Below, piece by piece: positions 49,151-56,740 of a stretch of 61,975 nt of DNA. The position numbers and the translations under genes were made by a program. Source of the stretch: a virus; the IMG/VR virus record IMGVR_UViG_3300042807_000369; one strand, given 5' to 3'. The first letter of the stretch is position 1, and each line of letters starts with the position of its first letter. The notes beneath the pieces were generated by a model. That model did not search any database. It was not told the origin of the DNA and saw only the letters and a list, made by a program, of their open reading frames with translations.

Positions 49151-49404
49151 GCGAGTTCGAATCCACCTGCTGCGGCATTCCCTGCATCATCCGCGTGACC
49201 AGCTGGGAGGGCTATGTGCCTGCCCGGCTGTCTGGCCATCCCGACAACTGGGCCCCTGCTGAAGGCGGCGAAGGTGAATGGGAAATCCTCGACCGCAACG
49301 GCCGACCCGCTGCGTGGCTGGAGCGCAAGATGACCGACGACGACCGCTACCGCATCGACGCGGAAATTTTTAACCACATGGAGAACCTAGATGACGACTA
49401 CTGA
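49147..49404 (+). CDS. Hypothetical protein (85 aa)
   Basis: A track ORF with ATGA coupling. Confidence 0.6.
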   Translation: MSEFESTCCGIPCIIRVTSWEGYVPARLSGHPDNWAPAEGGEGEWEILDRNGRPAAWLERKMTDDDRYRIDAEIFNHMENLDDDY

Positions 49405-49684
49405 AGCAACCGTGAGCGGCGTACAAGCCGTAACCGAAGTGGCCGCGCCCGCAGCCAAGAAGACCCGCACCCGCGCCAAGCGCCGCAGCTTTAAAGAGGT
49501 GCGCCAGGCAGAGCGCGAAGCCGTCCTGGCAGGGCAGAAGGCCTACTACGAGCCCAAGATGCGTGAGCTGGCCGAAGAGATCGGGCTGCTGCAAGGGCAA
49601 CTGGAAGAGCAGCACGAGATACTGAGCAAGATTGAAGGATCATGGATCACGGCCCTGCGCTACTGGGCAAAGGGGCACGTATGA
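49391..49684 (+). CDS. Hypothetical basic/coiled-coil protein (97 aa)
   Basis: A track ORF with a 14-nt overlap upstream. Confidence 0.5.
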   Translation: MTTTEATVSGVQAVTEVAAPAAKKTRTRAKRRSFKEVRQAEREAVLAGQKAYYEPKMRELAEEIGLLQGQLEEQHEILSKIEGSWITALRYWAKGHV

Positions 49685-49950
49685 ACAACATCGAAGAATT
49701 CATCCGCCTGTTTGAGTGCTGGGAAGAAGGGCTTTCCTACGAAGACTTCTACATAGACATCAACAACGCCATCGAAGACGCCAAAGCCTCTAGGCGAGAG
49801 GCCCAGTTCACGCCCGACAAGTACTACATCACTGGCTGGAACGCCGCCCTGGACATGGCCGCTGTCAAGCTGCAGGCCGACTTCCGGCAGGCGTTTGGCG
49901 CCGACACCTGCGCGAGCTGGGCAGCATGGCTCAAGGAGCAAAAGAAATGA
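49681..49950 (+). CDS. Hypothetical protein (89 aa)
   Basis: Internal ATG with ATGA coupling. Confidence 0.55.
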   Translation: MNNIEEFIRLFECWEEGLSYEDFYIDINNAIEDAKASRREAQFTPDKYYITGWNAALDMAAVKLQADFRQAFGADTCASWAAWLKEQKK

Positions 49951-50309
49951 GTGAACAACCAGAAGCACTGCGGCTGGCTGATGCTTACGCAGACGCATCA
50001 TTTGAGCAAGGCTTGAACCAAAGAACAGAAGACCCCGCGCCAGAAATGGCAAGGAAGACGCTGGAAGATGAACTGCGACGCCTGACGAACCTGGCGTATG
50101 ACCAGCACTCGGAAATCTACGGCCTGCGCTTGAAGGTGATGAACCTGCAGAAGGCGAGTCAGAAGCAGTTGAATGCGCTCCATTGGATCGCGGATCGCTG
50201 CCCACTCATGCTCATGGAGCAGCCGCTCCACGGCATCCACAAAGAAATGGCGCACGACGCCGGAGCTTGTGCCCGTGCCGCCATTGGCGAAGCAGGAGAA
50301 CAGAAATGA
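49947..50309 (+). CDS. Hypothetical protein (120 aa)
   Basis: Internal ATG with ATGA coupling. Confidence 0.55.
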   Translation: MSEQPEALRLADAYADASFEQGLNQRTEDPAPEMARKTLEDELRRLTNLAYDQHSEIYGLRLKVMNLQKASQKQLNALHWIADRCPLMLMEQPLHGIHKEMAHDAGACARAAIGEAGEQK

Positions 50310-50524
50310 GCACGCACGAAACCCCGACGGCACAGCTTGAATGGTCGCTTTATGTGGAATGTCCGAAGTGCGAATGCTCCAACGATTTGGCAGACCCACA
50401 GCACGACACGGATCACGACATCGCTCGCCACATCTTTTCCAACACATGGGACACGCTGCGTGGATGGGAAGTGATCTGTGAGAAGTGTGAGCACGAGTTC
50501 AAAATTGAAAAGGTGGAGTATTGA
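50306..50524 (+). CDS. Zinc-ribbon small protein (72 aa)
   Basis: CPKCEC ... CEKCEH four-Cys pairs. ATGA coupling. Confidence 0.6.
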   Translation: MSTHETPTAQLEWSLYVECPKCECSNDLADPQHDTDHDIARHIFSNTWDTLRGWEVICEKCEHEFKIEKVEY

Positions 50525-50525
50525 C

Positions 50526-50846
50526 ATGACATTCCCAGAATGGTGGTCCCAATTGACCAAACCCGAACAACGCGCCATCGGCGAAAACAACGCCCTCTTT
50601 GTCTGGCAGGAATGCCAGAAGTACACCCTCATGACCATCGAAGAGGCATGCAAGGCCCAAGTGGCCTACGACCAAGGCTTCAAGGACGGCCGCGAGCGCT
50701 TTGAAGTCAAGGTGGCCGGCTGGACCCTCACCCCTGGCGTGCAGCCAGGCATGATCTGGATCAGCGACGCCGGTGGCGAGGGTGGGGACTTTCACATCTA
50801 CGAACTGGCCGAGGTCATCGGCAAGTTTTACAAGGAGAAGTTTTGA
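50526..50846 (+). CDS. Hypothetical protein (106 aa)
   Basis: The internal ATG lies 2 nt after the upstream stop. Confidence 0.55.
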   Translation: MTFPEWWSQLTKPEQRAIGENNALFVWQECQKYTLMTIEEACKAQVAYDQGFKDGRERFEVKVAGWTLTPGVQPGMIWISDAGGEGGDFHIYELAEVIGKFYKEKF

Positions 50847-51457
50847 TGGACGACAAAGACTACGAGGCCCGCGCCCAGGCGCACATCGCTGCCATTAAGA
50901 AATCCTCAAAGGCAATGGTAGAGGACGCCGCAGTGCGTGCCGTTCATAAGGTGATGGCTGAATTTGAGGCCAAGTTAGATGAGCGTTTTATGGAGCCACC
51001 GCCTGATTTCATTGACGCGTTGAAGTATGACGTGGCGCGGCGTGACTCTGAGTTCTTTACGCACTGCGTTGATCAGCCATACGACTGGTCAGAGTGGGTG
51101 TGCCCTGACCCTAAGGGTTACCTGATGAAGTGCTGTGACTGCGGCTTGGTGCATGAGGCTGAGTTTGGTGTGGTGCGCTACAAGTCAGAGACTGAGCGCG
51201 AAGACTGCGACATGGTGAACGACCCGAACCTGCAAGCTGTGTTCCGTATGCGCCGCAGTGAACAATGGTCTCCAGAAGATACAGCGCACAGGGCTGGAGG
51301 TTTGCCGATGGAGCAGCCAGCACAGCGCAAGCCGCTGACGGATGAGCAGATTTCGGATATGTGGTGTGAAGTCAGCAATACTGACTTTGTGACGGCAGAC
51401 ACCCATGTGTTTGCCCGAGCCATCGAAGCCGCCCACGGCATCAAGGAGAAGTTCTGA
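50846..51457 (+). CDS. Hypothetical protein (203 aa) with Cys cluster
   Basis: The ATG at 50846 overlaps the previous stop. The ORF carries a WVCPDPKGYLMKCCDCG cluster, and its C-terminal PLTDEQI...FARAIEAAHGI motif is common in small phage proteins. Confidence 0.6.
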   Translation: MDDKDYEARAQAHIAAIKKSSKAMVEDAAVRAVHKVMAEFEAKLDERFMEPPPDFIDALKYDVARRDSEFFTHCVDQPYDWSEWVCPDPKGYLMKCCDCGLVHEAEFGVVRYKSETEREDCDMVNDPNLQAVFRMRRSEQWSPEDTAHRAGGLPMEQPAQRKPLTDEQISDMWCEVSNTDFVTADTHVFARAIEAAHGIKEKF

Positions 51458-51621
51458 TGAAGCTCAATCAAGGCGAACTGGCCCAAGGGCTAGTGGACGA
51501 ATTGCTTGAAGTGATTCACCGCTACGACGAGGCGTTTTACATGTCCACCGTCATCGGCGTGCTGGAGCTTGTGAAGCAGCAACTGATCAACGACTCACTG
51601 GAGAATCAAGATGACCTCTAA
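51457..51621 (+). CDS. Hypothetical 54-aa protein
   Basis: The ATG overlaps the upstream TGA. It is below the track cutoff and fills an otherwise empty 150 nt. Confidence 0.4.
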   Translation: MKLNQGELAQGLVDELLEVIHRYDEAFYMSTVIGVLELVKQQLINDSLENQDDL

Positions 51622-51799
51622 CCTCACCTCCTCCGACCTGCGAGAGCTGCGCTCCATGCTCACGGACCTGCGCTTCATCCAAGCCGCTGCCCTGGTGGGC
51701 TCTGGCATGAACGAAGACAAAAAGGCCGTGGAGTACATGAAACAAATCAGCCGCATGGTCAAACTCATTGACTTTGAATTGAAGGACAACCTAGCATGA
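51611..51799 (+). CDS. Hypothetical protein (62 aa)
   Basis: Track ORF. Confidence 0.5.
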   Translation: MTSNLTSSDLRELRSMLTDLRFIQAAALVGSGMNEDKKAVEYMKQISRMVKLIDFELKDNLA

Positions 51800-52281
51800 C
51801 TGACTGCAAACACAACTGGCAGTTCACGGACCACGGCACGGGAGCACTGAAGTGCACACGCTGTGGCACGGTCACCGGGCCAAAACCCTACGAGCAGCGG
51901 GTCCAGGACTTCCTGCAAGAACCATGGACCACGGAGCAGTTGTCGGTGCCCACGGGCCAGCTGTACGCCTTTGGCCCGCTCAAGCCCGACTACAACATCA
52001 CCTTCCACAACAACCACGATACCTCCGGCGCTGGCAAGCAAGTTGGCCGCATGGACTTCAACGGCCCGGAGATGGTTTTTGAAGGCGATGCTGCCGAGTC
52101 TGCCAAGGTGTTCATCGACTGGATCGCCACGGCATTCAAAGGCCGCCTCGAAGAAGAGCGCCAGGCAGAGCTTAACGCCTGCTGCGACCTCCTGGAAGGC
52201 ATGCACATCGCCACAGACGGCAACCACAACTACTACCTCTACGCAGCGGTGGAGCTGCGCAAACTGAGGGGCAAAAAATGA
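51796..52281 (+). CDS. Hypothetical protein (161 aa) with N-terminal zinc-ribbon-like CxxxW...CxxC
   Basis: A track ORF with ATGA coupling. Confidence 0.6.
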   Translation: MTDCKHNWQFTDHGTGALKCTRCGTVTGPKPYEQRVQDFLQEPWTTEQLSVPTGQLYAFGPLKPDYNITFHNNHDTSGAGKQVGRMDFNGPEMVFEGDAAESAKVFIDWIATAFKGRLEEERQAELNACCDLLEGMHIATDGNHNYYLYAAVELRKLRGKK

Positions 52282-52346
52282 AAATCGCCTGGACCTTTAT
52301 CATCATCATGCTGGCGCTGCTAACCATCAGGAGCCTCTATGCCTGA
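52278..52346 (+). CDS. 22-aa hydrophobic peptide (doubtful)
   Basis: MKIAWTFIIIMLALLTIRSLYA, with ATGA coupling. Confidence 0.3.
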   Translation: MKIAWTFIIIMLALLTIRSLYA

Positions 52347-52431
52347 ATGTCCACACCGCTGGGAGCCCGTCTCCGGCCAGCCCATTTACAAATGCGCCTG
52401 CTGTGGCGCTTTTCTAAGGATTATCAAATGA
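52339..52431 (+). CDS. 30-aa Cys-rich peptide (doubtful)
   Basis: MPECPHRWEPVSGQPIYKCACCGAFLRIIK, coupled at both ends. Confidence 0.3.
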   Translation: MPECPHRWEPVSGQPIYKCACCGAFLRIIK

Positions 52432-52655
52432 GACCCGCAACACACTCAACAGAAAACCCCCCAGTCCAGATCGACAACATCGAACTGGCCGAGTACGTCA
52501 AAAGCCTGCGCCGAAGAATCGAAGTGCAAAACGACCTTCTCGAAGCCCTGGCCAAGGAAGTCGCGCACCACAAAGGCGAGGTCGAGAAACTCGCCCTGGA
52601 CCTGGGAATCAAAGAGGGCGGCGCCGGCGTAGGCTGGGTAACCGTCAGCTCATGA
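52428..52655 (+). CDS. Hypothetical coiled-coil protein (75 aa)
   Basis: Internal ATG with ATGA coupling. Confidence 0.5.
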   Translation: MRPATHSTENPPVQIDNIELAEYVKSLRRRIEVQNDLLEALAKEVAHHKGEVEKLALDLGIKEGGAGVGWVTVSS

Positions 52656-52894
52656 AGACCGAACTCACCGAAGGCCTCCTGCGCGAGCTGGTCAACACCA
52701 CCCACATGGTCCAAGTGGTCTGCCTCACCATAGACGGCGTCAAAGTCGTGCTCCTGGGGCCCGTGCTCCACGTGCCCACCGCCGGCATCCACGTCGGAAA
52801 CGTCCAAGAGATCGAGTTCGGCGAACTGGTGCCCGCCCACCTCGCCGCCAAAATGCTGGACGGAGGCTTTAGCGAGAGCATGGGCGTGCAATAG
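52652..52894 (+). CDS. Hypothetical protein (80 aa), last early ORF
   Basis: A track ORF with ATGA coupling. Confidence 0.5.
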   Translation: MKTELTEGLLRELVNTTHMVQVVCLTIDGVKVVLLGPVLHVPTAGIHVGNVQEIEFGELVPAHLAAKMLDGGFSESMGVQ

Positions 52895-52930
52895 AGCGCA
52901 GAGCATGCGGATGGGACAAGGGCTCGTGGT

Positions 52931-52990
52931 CCACGGATCACGGGCTTTTGTACTTTTGGGGTATAGAAAGGACCACGGACCACGGACCGA
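52931..52990. repeat. CCACGGA heptamer repeats
   Basis: Copies at 52931, 52973 and 52980, plus degenerate neighbours (tCACGGg, CCGAGGG). Confidence 0.7.
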
Positions 52991-53061
52991 GGGCAAATTT
53001 CGTCATTTACATAGACTTTTTTTGACTCATCATGTTTTTTTTATTTTTTTTGTGAGATTTG

Positions 53062-53147
53062 GTGTAATAGACGTAATGGTGTAATAAGTCAATGAAATCA
53101 ATGGGTTATGAGAACACAGTACATTACACATAGTCAAGAAGTGTAAT
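53062..53147. repeat. GTGTAAT iteron-like repeats (3 direct, 1 inverted, 1 variant)
   Basis: GTGTAAT at 53062, 53079 and 53141; ATTACAC at 53123; ACGTAAT at 53071. Confidence 0.75.
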
Positions 53148-53251
53148 TCTCATAAAATGCGCGCGCAGACCTTTTTTGAAAAAAAAAAAACATACTCTTC
53201 CCTAAAAAAGTCTAACTAAAACCCTGAATTTGACATATTGATTGCGTTGAC

Positions 53252-53268
53252 TGTGCACTTGTTGCACA
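53252..53268. promoter_or_regulatory. Operator-like palindrome TGTGCA-N5-TGCACA
   Basis: A perfect 6-bp inverted repeat 9 nt upstream of ATG 53277. It overlaps a possible TTGACA(53230)-N18-TGCACT promoter. Confidence 0.35.
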
Positions 53269-53276
53269 ATGTAGCC

Positions 53277-53495
53277 ATGAAACTCGAAAAGAACATCCCT
53301 TTGCCCGGTGGCGTTGACCCCCGAGAGCGTTACCCCTTCCCAGATATGGCCGTGGGGGATAGCTTTTTGGTGCTAGACGCTACGTGGATCAAGAATTTGC
53401 GCAGCGCGGCGTACATGTACTCGCGCAGGCATCCTGGCACCAGGTTCACGTGCCGCCGGCATGGCGAAGGCTGGCGGCTGTGGAGGGTGGCTTGA
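53277..53495 (+). CDS. Small conserved phage protein preceding terS (72 aa)
   Basis: An internal ATG. The pattern IPLP......RYPFPDMAVGDSF.V........SAAY......PG.RF..R....G.RLWRV is familiar from phage packaging regions. There is no obvious SD, so the start is uncertain. Confidence 0.5.
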   Translation: MKLEKNIPLPGGVDPRERYPFPDMAVGDSFLVLDATWIKNLRSAAYMYSRRHPGTRFTCRRHGEGWRLWRVA

Positions 53496-54166
53496 TGGCT
53501 AGTTTAGACGAGAAGTTTTTGGCGGGAAAACGTCTTGGAGGCCGCCCGGCGTCCGTGGAAGAGCGCATCACTGGCCCGGTTAGACCCTACAAGCCCCGTA
53601 CTTTGTCGCCGCAGGAGTGGAAGTTTGTGGAAGAGTTTGTGGCAGGGGATGGGCATGTCACCCTGAAAGAGGCCGCCCTACGTGCCGGGTATGGCGATAC
53701 GTGGGCCAAGAGCCGCGCACGGGAGTTGACTGACCCAGACAAGAGTCCACACATTGTTGCCGCGATTCAAGAACGGCGCAGGGAATTGGGCGAAAAGTAT
53801 GCCACCACGTTTGAGCGGCATATGCGCGACCTACAAATCATCCGCGATCAGGCCCTAGCTGCGGGGGCTTATGGTGCTGCTGTTCAGGCGGAATACCGCC
53901 GAGGGCAGGCTTTGGGCACGATCTACATCGACCGCAAAGAGATCAGGCACGGCACGATTGACTCCATGAGTAAAGAAGAGGTGCAGCGCAAGTTGGACGA
54001 GATCAAGCGCCTGTATGGGGGCCAAGCCGGGCCCATTGTGGACGTGACCCCCAAGCAGATCGAAGAAGAACCCGAAGAGGAAGAACCAGATGGCCCTGAA
54101 ACCGGAAGCGACCCTGTACAAGAGGGTCAGGGAAAATATCCCAAACTGCCATTTCACCCGGATTGA
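53495..54166 (+). CDS. terS: Terminase small subunit (putative)
   Basis: LSPQEWKFVEEFVAGDGHVTLKEAALRAGYGDTWAKSRARELT matches the HTH pattern of Terminase_2-type small subunits (Lt..q..F..eY...gn...Aa..AGYs...A...a..Ll). It has a coiled-coil middle and an acidic C-terminus. TGATG overlap upstream. Confidence 0.65.
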   Translation: MASLDEKFLAGKRLGGRPASVEERITGPVRPYKPRTLSPQEWKFVEEFVAGDGHVTLKEAALRAGYGDTWAKSRARELTDPDKSPHIVAAIQERRRELGEKYATTFERHMRDLQIIRDQALAAGAYGAAVQAEYRRGQALGTIYIDRKEIRHGTIDSMSKEEVQRKLDEIKRLYGGQAGPIVDVTPKQIEEEPEEEEPDGPETGSDPVQEGQGKYPKLPFHPD

Positions 54167-54509
54167 ATCCCGTGTGAACCTGGGCATCCCGGACTGCCTG
54201 TTGGCATTCCCGCACGGGGTGTTTGTGATGGTGGAGCTCAAGGTCGTCAAGCGGGGCCGCAAAGTGGCTTTATCACCCCATCAGGTGGCTTTTCATATCA
54301 AGCACGCTGACCTTAGATGTCCGACCTACATCTTGGTTCAGTATTACCCGCCGGGGGCTATGCAAGCGAGTAAGTCCGAGTTGCTCCTGTATTGTGGGGA
54401 GCAGGCTTTGGATGTAGCGCGGCTAGGAATTGACACCCCGGCCTTGGCCCGTTGGCCGTGGACGGGGGTGTCGTGGGCTGAGATGCGAAAACATTTAGTG
54501 GACAGTTGA
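54090..54509 (+). CDS. VRR-NUC / PD-(D/E)XK-type nuclease (putative)
   Basis: RIESRVNLGIPDCLLAFPHGVFVMVELKVVKRGRKVALSPHQVAFH fits G.PD....(n)..ElK....(l)s..Q. The only ATG gives a 77-nt overlap with terS. Confidence 0.55.
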   Translation: MALKPEATLYKRVRENIPNCHFTRIESRVNLGIPDCLLAFPHGVFVMVELKVVKRGRKVALSPHQVAFHIKHADLRCPTYILVQYYPPGAMQASKSELLLYCGEQALDVARLGIDTPALARWPWTGVSWAEMRKHLVDS

Positions 54510-54534
54510 CTTGTCTATAAAGTTGTGTTAAGAT
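54506..54534 (+). promoter_or_regulatory. Sigma70-type promoter
   Basis: TTGACT-N17-TAAGAT lies 47 nt upstream of ATG 54581, which has a gaaagagagaaag RBS region. Confidence 0.45.
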
Positions 54535-54580
54535 CATGAACACCTAGACGTCCTAGGCAACATAGAAAGAGAGAAAGACC

Positions 54581-54820
54581 ATGAACTTGACTGAATATGA
54601 TGGGGTTGAAATGCACCCTGTCGCCCGCGAAGTGATAGATGGCATAGAGTGCTTTGAGCAATGCGATCGAGATTACCCCAACATCCATTATTGGAGCGTT
54701 TACCTGCACATGGTAGAGGGGGGGATCACTTGCATTGCCGATTGTCCTAACGAAGAAACCGCCTTGTTTGTTGAACGGGCGGTAGAAGCGCTGCTCTTCC
54801 AAGAAAGGGCAACGAAATGA
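54581..54820 (+). CDS. Hypothetical protein (79 aa)
   Basis: A track ORF downstream of the predicted promoter. Confidence 0.55.
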   Translation: MNLTEYDGVEMHPVAREVIDGIECFEQCDRDYPNIHYWSVYLHMVEGGITCIADCPNEETALFVERAVEALLFQERATK

Positions 54821-55152
54821 AGACATCAGAACTATCAGGTTCCGCCCTTGATTGGGCGGTGCAACAATGTGAGGGCACTCGCAAAGACATCGATTTTGCG
54901 TGGTGGACAGAGGATTACACACCGTCAACTAACTGGGCACAGGGTGGGCCAATCATTGAGCGCGAAGGAATCAATCTGGATAACTACGCCAAAAACCCAC
55001 AATGGAGCGCATGGACACCCGCACCAGATCAAGCAACAGGAGAGGCGCAAGCATACGGCCCCACACCCCTGATCGCAGCCATGCGCTGCTACGTTGCCAG
55101 CAAGCTGGGCGACACCGTAGATGTGCCAAAGGAGATTGATGCGAAGGTCTGA
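54817..55152 (+). CDS. DUF2591 (NinX-like) protein
   Basis: LSGSALDWAVQQCEG...YTPSTNWAQGGPIIEREGI...GPTPLIAAMRCYVASKLGDTVDVP fits the NinX/DUF2591 pattern (LDWAVA...G....Y.PSTDW.Q.GPIIE...I......G.T.L.AAMRC.V.SKLG.EV.VP). Confidence 0.6.
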   Translation: MKTSELSGSALDWAVQQCEGTRKDIDFAWWTEDYTPSTNWAQGGPIIEREGINLDNYAKNPQWSAWTPAPDQATGEAQAYGPTPLIAAMRCYVASKLGDTVDVPKEIDAKV

Positions 55153-55296
55153 CCGTCTGGCGCTTAACCGCGCCCTAAACAAGCCGCCCCCTAAGCCCCC
55201 TGACGACAAAACACAAAAAGGTCTGATTGTTCGTCTGTTAGGCTTTTGGTTGTTCCATAAACTACTTGGAGGCGATAGATAGGTTTTGAACGTAAG

Positions 55297-55320
55297 AACG
55301 GCCCCTGAAGGGGCCGTTTT
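55297..55320. terminator. Bidirectional intrinsic terminator between convergent units
   Basis: AACGGCCCC-tgaa-GGGGCCGTT followed by TTTA, located between 54817..55152 (+) and 55345..55533 (-). Confidence 0.7.
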
Positions 55321-55344
55321 ACTTGAGGCAGGGGTTAGGGCTGT

Positions 55345-55533
55345 CTACTGCTTAATTACGGGCTTAATGCGTAATTCGCTACGGTCTACGGCTATTCCCG
55401 CGCGGGAGCATTCAAGCAAGTGGTCGTCAATTCCCTGTTGCGCTTGTAGGGCAGTAGAAAACGTCAATTCCTTTTCGTCCTCAGTCCACACGTTTTCCCA
55501 CCCATAAATGAATCGGGTCTGCACCTCAAACAC
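55345..55533 (-). CDS. Island ORF 17 (62 aa), hypothetical
   Basis: A track ORF with a GTG start that overlaps the upstream stop by 8 nt. It is the last gene before the terminator. Confidence 0.5.
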   Translation of the reverse strand: MFEVQTRFIYGWENVWTEDEKELTFSTALQAQQGIDDHLLECSRAGIAVDRSELRIKPVIKQ

Positions 55534-55705
55534 GGTTGGCCTCCGTGTCTATTTCGATGGACTCAATGTCCCATGCCCCATCATCCCGGTAGTAGTCTTG
55601 GTCAACCTGCTTCCAAGCCAAAGCCTCGGCCTCATCCTCATTCTCGGCCTCAATGGTGAGGTTGATGTAGGAGGTGCGCTTCAATTCGATCTGGTAAGTT
55701 TTCAT
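55526..55705 (-). CDS. Island ORF 16 (59 aa), acidic; paralogue of ORF 15
   Basis: Hand-translated as MKTYQIELKRTSYINLTIEAENEDEAEALAWKQVDQDYYRDDGAWDIESIEIDTEANRV. The start sits in the conserved GAGACAGCATGA junction. Confidence 0.5.
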   Translation of the reverse strand: MKTYQIELKRTSYINLTIEAENEDEAEALAWKQVDQDYYRDDGAWDIESIEIDTEANRV

Positions 55706-55875
55706 GCTGTCTCTTCAATCAGTTCAATGTCGCAAACATCGCCCTCACACTGCACACAGGCTCGGGTTGGGTCGAACCAGTCAAGGGCCGTGGCCCCCGC
55801 CTCTTCTTTGCTTGAGGCCTCCACCTCGATGGTCTGCCAATAGGACATCACCACTTCAACTTTGTATTTACTCAT
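55702..55875 (-). CDS. Island ORF 15 (57 aa)
   Basis: Hand-translated as MSKYKVEVVMSYWQTIEVEASSKEEAGATALDWFDPTRACVQCEGDVCDIELIEETA. It has a conserved junction at both ends. Confidence 0.5.
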   Translation of the reverse strand: MSKYKVEVVMSYWQTIEVEASSKEEAGATALDWFDPTRACVQCEGDVCDIELIEETA

Positions 55876-56051
55876 GCTGTCTCTCCTTGTTTAAACACCT
55901 CTTCAGTGTTAAGGTCAACGAACGGGAACTCATCATTCAAAAACGAATTGTCCACATTGATGAGTTCAAGCCTATTGCCTGCACTCCAAACAAATACATT
56001 CGCATCAAGGGGCAATGCACTCAATGCAGCGAGTAGGTCTTGTACTTTCAT
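55872..56051 (-). CDS. Island ORF 14 (59 aa)
   Basis: Hand-translated as MKVQDLLAALSALPLDANVFVWSAGNRLELINVDNSFLNDEFPFVDLNTEEVFKQGETA. ATGA coupling at both ends. Confidence 0.5.
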   Translation of the reverse strand: MKVQDLLAALSALPLDANVFVWSAGNRLELINVDNSFLNDEFPFVDLNTEEVFKQGETA

Positions 56052-56221
56052 TTACTCCGTCCTTCCTTACGGCCTTGTTCAAAAAGGCGCACATAGTCTT
56101 CGCGCTTCTGCGACTGCAACCCCTTTAAACTTTCGTGAAAGGTCATCCACAACCTTAGGGCACGGGGCCCCCTGGCTGTTTCGTAGCGGTAGCCAAGATT
56201 GATTAGTTCTGATTCGGTCAT
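56048..56221 (-). CDS. Island ORF 13 (57 aa), basic
   Basis: Hand-translated as MTESELINLGYRYETARGPRALRLWMTFHESLKGLQSQKREDYVRLFEQGRKEGRSK. ATGA coupling. Confidence 0.45.
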   Translation of the reverse strand: MTESELINLGYRYETARGPRALRLWMTFHESLKGLQSQKREDYVRLFEQGRKEGRSK

Positions 56222-56364
56222 GACAAGGCCCAGATAGTCAAGATGTACATGAAGATGGTAGTCAGAATTGCCACCATGAAGTCAAAGGCGGCTTGTGCCC
56301 GCTTCTGTCTGCGTTCCAGAGTGAACTGTTCACGCATAGTGAGGGTGTGCTTGTAATATTTCAT
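56218..56364 (-). CDS. Island ORF 12 (48 aa), single-TM peptide
   Basis: Hand-translated as MKYYKHTLTMREQFTLERRQKRAQAAFDFMVAILTTIFMYILTIWALS. Conserved junction at the start. Confidence 0.45.
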   Translation of the reverse strand: MKYYKHTLTMREQFTLERRQKRAQAAFDFMVAILTTIFMYILTIWALS

Positions 56365-56561
56365 GCTGTTTCCCCTTTATCAACTGACACCTCTTCATTG
56401 TAGGCAAAAGTGCTTGCAACAGGGTCTTCCATCTCTTCCCCATTTTTATAAACAGCTATCCATAAGCCCTCATTGACAGACAGTATGCGGACAGAAAAGC
56501 CCTCAACGTCAAACCATGCTGCTCCCTCTTCCAACACATAATCATCATCTTTTAAGTTCAT
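56361..56561 (-). CDS. Island ORF 11 (66 aa)
   Basis: A track ORF that ends ...KGETA in the conserved junction. Confidence 0.55.
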   Translation of the reverse strand: MNLKDDDYVLEEGAAWFDVEGFSVRILSVNEGLWIAVYKNGEEMEDPVASTFAYNEEVSVDKGETA

Positions 56562-56740
56562 GCTGTTTCTCCCCGTTGTTCGCGCAGCGCGAGTTGCTCA
56601 ATCATGTCATTACCGCGTTCAATCAGAGTGTCTTCAATGTGTCTGCTATCGACATATTGAAGTTCTTCAGGACTCCAGATAACCACAAGAAACCCTGCAT
56701 CTCGCATTTGGTATAGTGCGTTAATCCATTCTTGTTTCAT
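56558..56740 (-). CDS. Island ORF 10 (60 aa)
   Basis: A track ORF that ends ...RGETA in the conserved junction. Confidence 0.55.
   Translation of the reverse strand: MKQEWINALYQMRDAGFLVVIWSPEELQYVDSRHIEDTLIERGNDMIEQLALREQRGETA

Larger units (their letters stand above)
52895..53276. promoter_or_regulatory. AT-rich non-coding region with iteron-like repeats (candidate origin / operon boundary)
   Basis: This is the longest clearly non-coding, strongly AT-rich stretch. It holds T7/T8/T8 runs (53017-53051), T6-G-A12 (53172-53190), CCACGGA repeats, GTGTAAT repeats and -35-like TTGACA/TTGACT boxes. Confidence 0.5.
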
